Shown here: positions 39,627 to 52,399 of the stretch, in pieces
How positions within the stretch are numbered: position 1 is the stretch's first letter
Layout: each line of letters starts with the position of its first letter
Assembly (NCBI GenBank): GCA_051362555.1
Contig: CM120640.1
Location: 52,492,788 to 52,556,787 of the forward strand
Source: Lingula anatina
Lineage: Eukaryota; Animalia; Brachiopoda
Length of the DNA stretch: 64,000 nucleotides
Reading direction: 5' to 3'
The notes under the pieces: model-generated
What the model was told of the DNA's origin: nothing
The model's input: the letters and a program-made list of their open reading frames with translations, nothing else
Databases searched by the model: none
Position numbers and translations under genes: made by a program

Positions 39627-40336
39627 TACACTGCATATCACCGCATGTGGAGGGTGTGCGCGCGATCGAGTGTGCATGTGCAGGATGTGATCGAGAGTCT
39701 GAGAGAGAAACCAGACATATCGCACAACAACTTTGCATGTCCTTACACTTTACACAAGCCACATCATGAGGTCTACAAATTACTTAAATTTTGTTTATCA
39801 TCTTCAAGTTCAATGTAATGTGTACAGTGGCACTGTCACTGAAATGGTGCTGAAATAACTGTGTCACCGGCGATATTTATTTGACCAATTAACAGAAAGT
39901 AATAGCCCTAAAAGTCAACTTAACAGGACAACATGATCCTCGCATCGACCTTACCTACTGTATATTTTACTGGGTCCTGAAATCGAGTCACGTAAATGAT
40001 GGTAAATTGGTTTTCTATTTCCAACAAAATCACAAATGGATCTCGGCGGAAGCTTTAAGAGAAGTAGTCACGTGCAGTCTATATTTCAAGACAAGCCAAA
40101 TTCATTGTTAGTTTACAGCATTCGGATATATCGCAGCAACACAATGATTTGCAACGTCACTATACCGGTAGTGTTTAATATGGAACAAATGAAATTTTCA
40201 ACCAGACTGAACAGAATGGTCACATTTTGAGGAAATGCTGTTTGAACGTGGTTGACAGTTGAGTTCTACAGTAGGCTACTACTCCCACTCCTATTAATTT
40301 TTGGTATCATATCCCAAGCACAAATAATAATAGGCC

Positions 40337-40374
<38 letters not shown>

Positions 40375-40792
40375 TTATTATTATTATTATGAGCCTATTC
40401 TAAAAAAGAAAAATTCAGCGTAGTCTGTTATACCCCTACATGCATGTTTTCCTTCATTTTGCCATTAAGAATGCAAAATATGTTACCGCGCGTCACTTTG
40501 GAAACCACGACAGAGTCTTGAGAAATACACCTCAAATATAGTAAGTCTTAAATTTAGACCCCATGACGTCTTTTTTACTTCTGATCCTGGACACCATTTC
40601 ACGTCTACTTGCAGGATTGGTTATCAATGATTGACCTACCTGTAGACTGGCTAAGAGTTACATCGAGAGAAGGTGAAATACCACCTCTGAAAACACTCAA
40701 CAGGAAAATGCTGTACACGTTTATCTGTAAATTTTACCCCCTTCCCCGTTTTATAACTAATTTTAACACCGTTTCCTTTGAGGATCGATATA

Positions 40793-42406
40793 CAGGGTTA
40801 CCACTTAATATGGAATATTATTTTTTGTCGAGAAATTGTTCTACAAAATATTTAATTTTGTATCCAAAACTGAGGGGTCACTCTATGTGTAGCCAGGTGT
40901 GTTACCTAATTACCATGCAACTTTCGAAACAATTAAAGTAAGCAGTTGCATGTTCTGTGGTCAGAAATGTGAGGGGTGGTCTTTTCGGCAATTTCTGCCC
41001 TTGTATAAAAGCGCATGGGTTTGGTCAATCTTTGGAGTGTATTTAGAGAAGCAACAAAGGGATCGCTCTGAAACTTGTCAGTTACCTTAGAGAAGATATG
41101 GTTCGACAGCTAAGCAACGCAGCTTACTATGGGATTCTTGCTCTCAGAGAAAATGGCTTGAAACGGATAGCCATTGCCAGACAATTCAACATTTTTCAGG
41201 AACCGTTAATAAAGTCCTCCAAACAAATGCTACAGCAGGGGCACCTACTCCAATACTTCCACCAGGGTGTCCGCGTACCACACCAAGAAGACAGGATCGC
41301 CTTCTCCTTAGAATGCCCCGTGCTGGTCGTACAAAGACAACCAGTGTCCTCAAAAAAGAGTGGCAGAATGCCTTTCAAACGCCCGTTTCAAGGTCCCTTG
41401 TGAACAAAAGATTACAGCAAACTGGTTATTTTGCACGAAGACCAGTACGTAAACCACTGTTAACAGCAGGTCATATACAGCGACGTCTGCAATGGGCTGG
41501 GGACCACGTGCTTTTGCAGCCAAAACACTGGAATCACGTCGTTTTCAGTGACGAGGTCAGATATGGAATTTTGGGGGTTGACTGTCGAATCCGTGTCCGC
41601 CGATGTGTACAAGAGGCATAAAACAATGATTGTGTACTACTTAGGGTGCAAGCAGGGGGTGGTAACGTCTCTGTTTGGGGAGCATTCCATGCCGGTGTCC
41701 AGAACCAGTTGGTTTTTCTGGGAGGCAACCTCAACCAGGGTTCCTACAGAGACATTCTACAGCAAACAATGCTTCGATTTGTAAGAGTCATCTTTAGGAA
41801 CAGCTTTGTGTACCAAGACGACTGTGCAACCCCACATCGAGCTCGCAGAATCACTGTTTTTCTTCAAAACCAGTAGGTTCAGCAACTGCCCTGGCCTGCA
41901 AACTCCCCAGTAATGAACCCAATTGAAAATCTGTGGGCGGAAGTAACTCAGAGAATTAATAGCTATGGTCATCGGCCGGTAAATAGTGATGAAATGCGAC
42001 AGGCAAATATTACTGCGTGGAATGATATCCACATCCAAACTCTAAAAAACTTGTCACAGGGTATGGCATGTAGGATGAGGGCGCTGCAAGCGGCTGCTGG
42101 AGGTCATACCCGCTATTGATGACTTTTCATGATTTACTGTAATGATTTCTTTGACTGTGTAACTTATCATAGCTTAAAGTTAATACTGACATCAAACTGT
42201 TGATATGGTTTTCTGGGGGTGTTCTTTTCTTTTGAATGACATCTTATGTCAGATTTGATATTATTGACCAAAATATCTCACAATGGAAGACTGGATATTT
42301 TTCTCACTCAATGATATACTTTTTTGATGAATCAAGCCAAAAAATATTTAATCAGCACTCAAAAATAACAATGATAAAAAATATTCCATATTAAGTAGCA
42401 ACCCTG
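40793..42406 (+). mobile_element. Tc1-family (DD34E) transposon
   Basis: TIR cagggttaccacttaatatggaatatt / aatattccatattaagtagcaaccctg with TA flanks; 1614 bp. Confidence 0.95.
41098..42119 (+). pseudogene. Inactivated Tc1 transposase
   Basis: HTH start, RRPVRKPLL, VVFSDE, QDDCATPH and WPANSPVMNPIENLW, with 34 residues between D and E. It carries a frameshift and in-frame stops. Confidence 0.92.
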
Positions 42407-42977
42407 TATTTGATAGTGATACATGCAACACCTCACAACGTTGCCCCATTCCTCGCTTGAAGTTGCGTCAAGATCGTTCAAATTAATTTTTAAAACTACT
42501 GGGGGTCGTGGGGTTCAGTACTGTGGTAGGCCTATTGAATGGCACTGCTTCTTTTAATGTCTACTGTGTTTCTATATCTTAATGATAGCTCCCTCGCCTA
42601 TCGATCGCAGGTGAATGCACAGTGTGCAAAAATACATCATCACCCCACCCCTCACGCACTCTCTAACCTGGTTTTGTCCTGCTCTTATAATAATTTAACG
42701 TACGTGACTAGAGTGGCGTAAGTAACAAAAATAAGGAAATTAAGTCAGTCTAATTTATTACTCTTAATATGTTTGAAAATTGTCCTTTCATTCCAGCGCA
42801 ATGATTTACTCCCATTGATAGGTAGATAAAAGCACGTTATTCGAGCATAACTGTAAACCAACAGTGTTAGTGGTGGATGAAAAAAACAGCCTGTACTTCA
42901 AACTGTTTCAATCACTATTCTAAGCGAGCGCTGATTTTTGAAACTGGAAAAGTTGCAGGTAATCTAGTGAATGGCAT

Positions 42978-42980
<3 letters not shown>

Positions 42981-43019
<39 letters not shown>

Positions 43020-43036
43020 CATTTAGGGTATAAAAG
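42981..43036 (+). promoter_or_regulatory. (GT)n tract and candidate TATA box of the defensin gene
   Basis: A GT repeat followed by gggTATAAAAg about 135 bp upstream of ATG 43167. Confidence 0.5.
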
Positions 43037-43166
43037 TGGGCTTATGAGTAGACATTTTACAATTATGCCTTGGTGCTAAATTTATTCCGTTTTTCTTTTT
43101 TTTTAAATCGTAAGTTTTGTTTTAATATTTGGCCTATGTTTTTTTACACACAGGGACCCCACTGAA

Positions 43167-43582
43167 ATGCAGTCCTACAAGGTCACCTTCTTGATACTGT
43201 TTCTCGTTCTCTTCGCCCTTTTAGGTAAGCGCAATTGATGGTTTACAGACTACTCAATACTCAGTAATTAAAATGCTCTATAAAATATATCGTTTTTTTC
43301 TGTATTTTTTTCATGGACCTATACAATGCAGTAGAGTAGAAGGGAAGTCATTTTATTTCTTTTTATTGTTATTTTTATTTTCTTTTTCTCCAGTACACTC
43401 TACGTTTTTAAAGTTACTATTTTAAGAAAAGTCGCTTTGTTTTTTCTTTAGGCGATGTAGCGGACGCTTGCTGGAAATTTAGCTGTAACAGACTATGCCG
43501 AAAGAGAGGCTATACGGAGGGGTACTGCAAATCAGGGTTCCTCAGCTCAAGCTGCCGGTGTGTTGCAAGGTGGAAAAAATAA
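43167..43582 (+). CDS. CS-alpha-beta (invertebrate-type) defensin-like peptide, 62 aa, 2 exons
   Basis: join(43167-43224, 43452-43582) with a phase-1 GTAAGC..TTTAG intron: MQSYKVTFLILFLVLFALLGDVADA-CWKFSCNRLCRKRGYTEGYCKSGFLSSSCRCVARWKK*. Pattern C-x4-C-x3-C-x9-C-x8-C-x-C with GYC. Confidence 0.9.
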
Positions 43583-44417
43583 GGTAACGAACACGAGAGA
43601 GAGAGAGGGGGGGAGGCGAGAAATGAACTTTCAAAGATGCGAAAAATGTAGCTCCTTGCCCTGTGATCATTTACCGTTTTATCAAAGACGTGTACGTAGA
43701 CATCATAAGTGTCAAGAAAACGCTTTTTGTTTATGTGCTCTCTGGTACCCATCTCTGCATGACAACACCATTCCAGACTAAAACTCTTTATCGGTAGAAA
43801 GGCCCCGTTTCCAAGGATATTATTAACATACTGAATGTATTTTGGTTGTTTTCGGTCCGTTTTCCTCAATGCTTTTTTCCTGCATTCACCAAAGCACGCT
43901 AGAGAAACACGGGGAACTTTTATGTTTATTCCCTTTCAATGTAATCCATTTTTTAGTTGAAAATAGAGCGACTTTTGTAATTGATAATTATTATATCACG
44001 TTTTAAACATTAAAACTTTAGAAGTTATGGACAAAAATTGAATCTGAAAACATGCAAGGAGAAATATACCAGTACGCTGTAATACATGTAAGAAAATGTG
44101 CTTGTGTAGTGTTTTTAATGGATGGATAAGACTAAGCTGACAATTAACATGTTTAGTGCGACTAAAATCCGTTTCGTGGACTATTTCAAGCCAGATAACG
44201 TTTTCTCACACTCCTTTTAATATATTACCTTTGTAGTCACTAATTTATATGAATATATATAAAATTCCTGATGCAAGTGATTATCTGCAGAGGTTTAAAA
44301 CAACATGCACAGATTTCACCTGTTCGGCGATAGGGTCCATATTTTGCTTTCTATCAACGAGCATGATGTGAAAAGAAAAATGGTTGTTTTTTTCCCCTTT
44401 AGTTCTTTGGGTAACAC

Positions 44418-45667
44418 TAAGATAAGATAAGATAAGAGTTTATTCAGCCATTAATATATAAATATAAAATTCATATAAAACGGAAATTGGACTGCTATTC
44501 GGGTTACAAATTATAAATAAATAAATTATAAATTTCCATTTTTGTTGTTAAAATAAGACACAGCAGATGGGTAAAAACTCTTTAAAAACCTTTTAGATCC
44601 CTTAAAAGTTAAAAGCCTGCAGTTGCTCGGTAAAAATTTAAAAAGCCCATGTGCGGGGTGGGTATAGTCAGACACGATTTTCTCTGTTTTTGTTACTGAT
44701 CTATTAGTATAGATGGCACCTAGAGAGGGGAGTTCCAGACCGATGATATTGCCGCACGTTGATGTGACCATATCTAGACGCTTGCGTTCTTCTACAGTGG
44801 CCCGCCCATACCATACTATGATTGCAAATGTTAATATACTTTCTATAACGCATTTGTAAAAGTTTGCTAAAATCATTTCATTTGAAGTAAAATCCTTCAA
44901 CTTTCTTAAAAAATATACCCTTTGCCTCGCTTTTTTTAACTGTTTGTCTATGTGGTCCTTCCATGTAAGTGAGCTATTGAATTCTACCCCCAGCAGTCTA
45001 AAATTGGCTACTTGCTTTACTGCAGTGCCACTGATATGAATGGGTTCTTTCACATTTCTATTCTTTCTGAAGTCAACAATCATTTCCTTAGTCTTCTCTA
45101 CATTCAGTAACAAATCGTTGTCTTTACACCATTGTACAACTGAGTTGACATCGTTTCTATACCAGGTCTCATCATTATCACTTATTAAGCCAATTAAAGT
45201 GGTGTCGTCTGCAAACTTCACGATGCAATTACTCTCATGAGATGAAACACAATCATACGTGAACAAGCTGTACAGACATGGTGACAGAACACAACCCTGA
45301 GGCGCACCTGTATTTAAAACCACAATATCAGAAGTACTTGTACCCACTTTCACAGCTTGTCTCCTGTCTAATAAAAAATCTAAAACCCAACTGCATAAAA
45401 ATGAAGGAAATTTCAGTTCGTTTAAAAGCTTAGCATAAAGTTTTTGTGGAATAATGGTATTAAAAGCCGAGCTGTAGTCTATAAATAAGATCCTTGCGTA
45501 TGTGTTTTTCTTATCTGCGTGTTCTAAAATGTTGTGTATGCACATACTAAGAGCGTCATCTACGCTTCTATTGCGTCTATATGCAAACTGAAAGGGATCA
45601 AGTGTCTCTGGTACAATGGTTTTAATATACGACAGAACAAGTTTCTCTAGAATTTTCATTGGAACTG
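44418..45667 (-). mobile_element. 5'-truncated LINE (Rex1/Babar-like, CR1/L2 group) reverse transcriptase
   Basis: RT motifs QFAYR, FIDYSSAFNTI, GAPQGCVLSP and KFADDT. The stop is at 44526, followed by a short 3'UTR with AATAAA and a (CTTAT)n tail. Confidence 0.92.
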
Positions 45668-47129
45668 GGTCAACGCAACCGGACGGAGATCGTTTAGGCA
45701 AGAAACTGTTTTGGACTTCGGCACAGGAATGATAGTAGCTGTCTTCCACTGTTTACCAGAAGTGCACCTATTCTTTCAGTAATGTTTAATCTATTGAAAA
45801 ATTAAAACTGTGCTCTTTTTCACTAAATTAGAGGGATAATTCAAATCATCCCACGCGGAGTTAATGAGTTGATAACCTCTGAATTGGGGTGAAATAAACT
45901 CATTTATGCATGTTATCATTCGCATAACGAGCTTGGTATTAGTTATTAATTGATTAATGGATTTTCACTCAAGTGCATTTTTCTGAGTTTGACACACATC
46001 ACCAATCTAACTTCATATGCCATTCTACTTGATTTTTCATATTTAATGAGTTCCAGGCTAAATGACCAACTTTATTGCCTTGCTCATTTTCACTGAATAT
46101 ATAATTATATCTTTTTAGGTGACGAGGCGTGTTCCAGCATCTCGCCAGTTTGCCGCAACCAATTATTCAGCACATTACAAATGAACCTCGGGCTCACTTT
46201 TTTAAGCGTACTTTCCATTTTGTTTGTCTAATGACACTAATAAATCTCGATAAAAAGAACCTGTATACCTATAAGAGTTTTTAACACATTTGTAATATCT
46301 TTCTTATTTAAGAGTAATTAAATCCAGTTATAAATCTAACTCCGCTCAAACGCGGGAAACGTCACACTGACTTTCGTAAATGTAAGGATTTTCGCCTTTA
46401 CCTGTGTAACATAATTTAGTATGGCTCCTGACCAACCATTGCGTCATTATAACGAATAAAGGTACATTGTGTGCGCTTGTAAATCCACAAAGTGATGTTT
46501 TCTATATTACATACCCTGCAAGCTACTAATCTTTCCCAATTTAGACCATAAAAACTGTAAAACCCGTCAAATAAAAGTACCTGGCGTGGATAGTTTCTTC
46601 TGAAATGTACAGGAAGACACGGCGTTCTGACTCAATCATCAAATTCAAAATAAAATAAAACGTTGAACCCAAGTGCAGGGACAGGTTGAGCAATGACACT
46701 GAGTAGGAGAAATTAATTTTAGCGGGTAGTTCCCGTACGGAGAAAGTTTAATCTCCATAAAAGATCGAAAAAGAAGACCTTGTGAATGTGGTTGTACATC
46801 ACTAAAAAGACCGTATGACATACAGTTTGATTCATCTAAAATTGCAATGTCACTAGTTTAAAATACCAGATGAATTCCCCTGATAACCAATTGACAGTGG
46901 CGGAACCAGGATTGAAATTACGGAAGATTCAGCACAGGGTAACAGGATATTCTCAAGGGAAGTTGTGTTCCATCCTCCTCTTTCTTAGGTATAAACTGTG
47001 CACGTACTGATAAAAAACATGGTCGATGGGTATTTGTTCTGTACCCAAACTCATAACGACTGTTTTTTTTTTCATTTTGTGACAGTTTTATAGAAGGACG
47101 AAAGGGGACAATTTTTCGACACCACAGAT

Positions 47130-47183
<54 letters not shown>

Positions 47184-48319
47184 GAAAGGCATATATTACC
47201 AAAATGTACTAATTTCTAATTATTGCTTTGTGGGGTTTTCCACTTGCGCAGGAAATTGCAAGCAGTAGTTAATTACGCAAGATAACAATGCTAGAAATGA
47301 TTAAATATCTCTTCAGATCTACTTTGATTAGTTGGAGCGATAAATAATTAAAGTTGTCGTTTACAATTTTGGTTCGTGCCTCGGTAAAGTCAAATATCAG
47401 TTTCCAGACTATACCTATTATTAAAATTTCAAACTTATCTATTTACATAATCGCAGGTTAGAAAAATAACAGTAATTTTCATTAACTTTTAAAAAGTATC
47501 ATACAACAGCTATTTTGGACGTGTAAATAGCATCCTCCTGTTCTAAAATGTCCACGGTGTTGATAAAGCTACTAATTCGGCATTGACATAAATTTGCGCC
47601 TTGATACGTCCATAAATATATTTAAAAGTATCAGTCAGTATAGTCTTTTACAATTAATTGCTGAATATAACCTCTTCGGTCGTAAGACTTGGTATCTGTG
47701 GATGCAAAGAACCATATATGAGCAGGAAGAGGTGTGTGGATCACTCACGGTGAAGCGTTTTCTCTCTCCTTGTGCTACAACGTCACTATATCTCACTGAA
47801 TAGTAAAGCTAAGCAGTTGCATAGCGCGTTTTTAACCTTAAAATTTGGCACCGTGCTCTGGCACCGTTTTATACGGCGCGGCATCATTATGACTTGAGTA
47901 AATTACTTGTCTGGGTAGACGTACATGTAATATTTTCTTTTTTTGTGGACAAAATATTTGCCATGAGTCACCATATACATGAACAACCGAAATAAAAGGT
48001 TGAAAAGTTGGTTCGTATACATGTCACGTCCTGGTATTCAGACATAATCCGATCGATCTTCTGTCAACATGGGGGTTTGTTAAACTGGTGTCTCCGTGCT
48101 TTAGAAATCCACTTGCAAATCTGTCGTCTCGCAAAAACGCCGGTAATAATTTGATGCTATCTAATGATTTATCTTCCACATCAGTCACGTGCAATTTAAT
48201 GCGTACTTGTGTTTGTTGAAAAGAAAGCAGAATGCTCTCAGTCGCTTATAGCCCAATGAATATATATGTTTCTAAACTTTGGCATATTGAAAATCTGCAG
48301 TGAAGGTTTCTTGAAGTTG

Positions 48320-48799
48320 TCATAAAGACCGATAAACGAAGAAGTCCCCCAGTTCCATAACGACCTGATTGCACTTGGCTGTCGGTACATATTCCTTATG
48401 AATTCCTACAATAACCATTGTTCTAGTTTGGCACACCGTTACTCCATGCAACCCAGTCTTTGCTAAGAGCCCCTGTTGTCCGTCCGCTACCATGACTTCA
48501 TAGTGTCGACCGCTAACGTTAATTCCGTCCCTATAAGCAATATCTGGGTAACGAATGCATTCCTTCAAAGTTCTCAATTCGTCTTTGCTAACAAAAAGCC
48601 CTTCGCTTCGCGCCAACTCAAATCCGTTCAGATCATATATTCCCGCTTTTGAGACATATCCTGATCCTTCTAAAATGTCCGAAATGTAAGATTTCCAGTC
48701 TTTCATGTAATCCATAACACGTTGATGTTGCTCTTTTATGGTTCTCTCTTTGTACCCTCCCGTCTTCCTTAGACCGAACGCCTGCGCGACGCAGATCAT
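48320..48799 (-). CDS. Divergent profilin-family protein (true start may be a downstream Met at ~48715 or ~48706)
   Basis: W..YI...L.GSG.V..A.I...G, GI.V.G..Y, G...C.T....IVG and VVMELGDF profilin pattern; intronless. Confidence 0.8.
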   Translation of the reverse strand: MICVAQAFGLRKTGGYKERTIKEQHQRVMDYMKDWKSYISDILEGSGYVSKAGIYDLNGFELARSEGLFVSKDELRTLKECIRYPDIAYRDGINVSGRHYEVMVADGQQGLLAKTGLHGVTVCQTRTMVIVGIHKEYVPTAKCNQVVMELGDFFVYRSL

Positions 48800-50879
48800 T
48801 ACAGTACGTGATGCGCAACCGTGACAACAGTGTCTATATTAGCATAAACCCTAGATTAGATACACACGCCCGTAAATCGGTTGACAAACTCAGGAAGAAT
48901 CGGGCGTTGTGTAAATATAATGTATGCGGTGTAGATTGTCGCTAAGAAAACATCGATTTTGTAAGCGTTTGTTATCGGCTGTTTACCATATAAAAGAGGT
49001 GTATTGACCCTGATTAAACTGTTCTGTAAGTCATGGGTTTGACCCTAAACACGTCACGTAATGATGTTAAATAAAGGATTGTAAGAAACAATTAAGCACA
49101 ATGAAACACTTTATAAATATTGCGCCATGTTTCGATAAAGTTCGGTCAGGTGAACAGTAATTAATGAAAAGCCGTCGAGGGATGGCAGTATTGAATTTCT
49201 TCAGTCCTACCCGTAGACAACTAAAAGGTGACATTTAGGGCCATGCTATTTCACTACACAGTAAATCACTTGCCTATCGCTAACAATGAATATAACAGCG
49301 TTATTCAGGTTCGAACATCATGCATATACAATAGCAAAGTTGTCGCAGAAATAATGGTTATTTTTAACAATGGTATATAGCCGGACAAAAAAAGTTGATA
49401 TTTGCAAAAGGAAGTTGAAAGGCCAAGAATTAGCGTTAACATATCGAATAAAAATGCTTCCTTTACAAGAAGTAGAAGATAAACTATTGAAATATTAAGT
49501 CGGGTTAAATGAAATTATCGTTAGAATAGAAAACGACACCATATATACGTCACAGAAGACTAAAAAACCAATATATTATCTTCTGTAGCGTATATATGGC
49601 TATTTAAATTTATTACATGCGTTCAAACTGTCAAATTTCATTGACATTTCTTGGACCTGCCAGAAAATATCTACAATCAAAGACTGGCCAATTTTCAAGA
49701 TCATTACATAAATGTTAAACTGGGCTTACACTTAACAAAGGATTTTTATTATTTAAATGATAATCACAAAATATGGATTCATAATTGTGAATGATCACAC
49801 ATTAATAAGCACTAAATCCTTTTACTACATGATATTCTATTCCTATAAAAAGTATGGAATAGACATAAATGTAAACATGCACATGAAGTCTCTGTATTGT
49901 TCTACAAATAGACAAATAGCACATTCTAATTTCAAGTGTTAAAATATATAATATATATGTAGAACGAAAATAACATATTTTAACTAGAAGACAAACAATA
50001 CCTTGATTGGAAGTTAATCTGTATGGCACATTTTAAAAAGATAAAATTTCAATATAAAGAGCAAAAATAACAGTTTCTAATTACAAACATTACACCTTTT
50101 CAAACATACAGAAATGGCACTGATAAACAATGAATACACCAATACATTGTCTGAAAAGGTTCATGAGCAGTCACAGTGTAAAAATCCATGGTAAAATGAT
50201 TTTTGTTGCCACTGCCTTAACTTTCTAATGACCCTGATAACAGTAAGCAGCAACTCGTGTTGCGGGACATGATAGGTTTTTGTGCAAACTGTCATATAAT
50301 ATGTAACAATTAGTTAAACAATGCTTATAAACTCCTTTTGATTACAGCTCACTTTAATTTCAATATTTGACAGTATAGAATTTTGCTGATATAGCCAATG
50401 AGGTAAAACAAATGGCATCCAGCACAAAAAATTGATTTCACAAGTAAAATTGTTTTGTAATTTTAGTAACACAAAAGCACTCACATTATTCTTTTTCAGA
50501 TTTGAGCAATAAGAAATATTGTCAGTATGTATGAAAATAAAATATTAAATCTAACAAGCATACAAAATTTTTCTTTGGCGACAAAAAATAAAAATACAAA
50601 TATATATTTTTAGCACTCATTATTGTATTTTAAATATATAATGTCACTGTATACTGTCATGGCTCACATGTCCTGGTAGGAGAGTTTGTAATTATGTATA
50701 TTTTACTGTTAATTTTTTCTTTAAATCGTCTCACCGAAAAATTTGCTCATAGAGCAAGTGCATTAAGGTGGATGTGTTATCTACCACCTTACTGTCTTTG
50801 GTGATAAGACTAATCCCAAGGTTTTACATGGCTGTGGAATTGGTATCTGACTGCTGCCGGGGAGGTCCATTATATAATA

Positions 50880-51278
50880 TCATATCCCTGCCTCTCTAAG
50901 ATAGTCCCCTAGTTTCATAATGATACTTGTACATCCACCTGGGTGCATTCCCTCATCATATACACCTATAGCAACACACTGCTTGCATTTACTTATTGCA
51001 CAACCAGTGCTTCCCTTCTTCCCGAGAATCAAGTCTTTGTCCACTTTTAACGTTACGTATGTAACTCCATTCAATTTTATTCCATATTTATGAAGTTGAC
51101 TAGGGTCTATATATGCTCTAACAAGGGACGCAATTTCTGCTTTTGTTACTTGGAATCCCAAACTTGATGCCCACCTGTCGCCTAGCAATCCATGAACGGC
51201 AAATTTTCCAACATGACCAGTCTGAACTGTGATTTCCACGTAGTCTTGCCAGGTATTGGTTCCGCTAGCTGATGGCAT
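50880..51278 (-). CDS. Profilin-family protein, 132 aa
   Basis: WQDYV, A.HG..G..WA.S, GIKLNGVTY, GKKG..G and KLGDYLR motifs; intronless. Confidence 0.9.
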   Translation of the reverse strand: MPSASGTNTWQDYVEITVQTGHVGKFAVHGLLGDRWASSLGFQVTKAEIASLVRAYIDPSQLHKYGIKLNGVTYVTLKVDKDLILGKKGSTGCAISKCKQCVAIGVYDEGMHPGGCTSIIMKLGDYLREAGI

Positions 51279-51299
51279 TTCTGCATTTAAACTTCAAGG

Positions 51300-51610
51300 T
51301 TATGTACTTAAACTGATTATAATGTATAAATATGGTGTCGCTGCTATTGCACAGGATTTTTCAGGGAACACATATCCTAAAAACCATACCTTTGCGACGT
51401 TCTTGGGCAAAATCAATGCCGTCGCCAAGACGCACAGGGCGCCGCCATCTTTCATTCAATTCACCACTCGGAACTACTCGGATATCTCCGCACTCGACAA
51501 CAAGTATGGAGCTTGCGGAATCAGCCGAGGATTGCCGATTGTACAGTGTTAGTGCGAGAATTCTCGTGAAAATCGAAGCGCCATTTTGAAACCTTGAACA
51601 TGTGAGTAAA
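51300..51610. promoter_or_regulatory. CpG-rich divergent promoter region between the profilin and CSE1L, with a probable non-coding first exon of CSE1L
   Basis: Local CpG enrichment, a YY1-like cgccatttt motif, donor GTGAGT at 51602 and an acceptor before ATG 52400. Confidence 0.55.
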
Positions 51611-52399
51611 CTGTATTTATAATTTTATGAATGTGTTTTGGCGGAAGTTTATGATTTAAAGTTTTATTTTGCATATCTCTGGAATGTTTAGCCCAAAACA
51701 AAAATATCTATTTCTTTATTTAAACTATGCAGTGATCAGTAACAGCTGGTGCTACTGAGCACTGACTGTCAAAATAACAGTTTTTGTATCAGTCTGTCGC
51801 CGGTTGACAGTGACACCCAGATAAAGTTAAGATGAACATGCTGTGATATATGGCTCGATGACTGTCGTTAATACCTATTGATATCGTGGTATTATGGTAG
51901 TTTATTCTAAGTGTCATCTGTTTAACTTACTGGAGTCATTTTAGGACATTTTATAATACTTTCTTTCCTGGGTGTGTCTAATGCCACCGATTTCTGGAGT
52001 AAGGTTAGAGAAAATCTGGGTCTGTTCACTCATTTTCAGGATAACACCTGGTTAGTGGCACTTGGAAATCCAGACACCCATCAATTCCAAATTCACCACT
52101 AACCTATTTTCAAGCACGAATAGATTTCACCTTACATGTAAATGGTTTGTGTTCTGACTCTAGCACATTCAGTAAATACAGAAACTGTGTGAGAGAGTCA
52201 GACAATTATAGATTTTTCTTGTTTTGAAAAAGTAACATACATTTAATGCATACATTTAATGGGTGGTAGAAGGCTGTATTGTTCAAATTTTTTTTTATTT
52301 GAAAGGATCCAGTTCTCCCTTCAACATACTTTGAAAAATATGTCTTTAAAATGTATATGTTTTTATGAGCACCAAATTGTAATCATTTACAGATTCATC

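Noticed and set aside
44288-44371. Possible degenerate defensin exon (CTDFTC...C)
   Set aside because: Only three Cys, no CxC, and not in the phase-1 frame.
45668-45749. N-terminus of the 407-aa RT ORF as a domesticated gene
   Set aside because: RT similarity starts at about VPMKILEKLV; the upstream residues are flanking DNA with a GTG start, so this is a truncated LINE.
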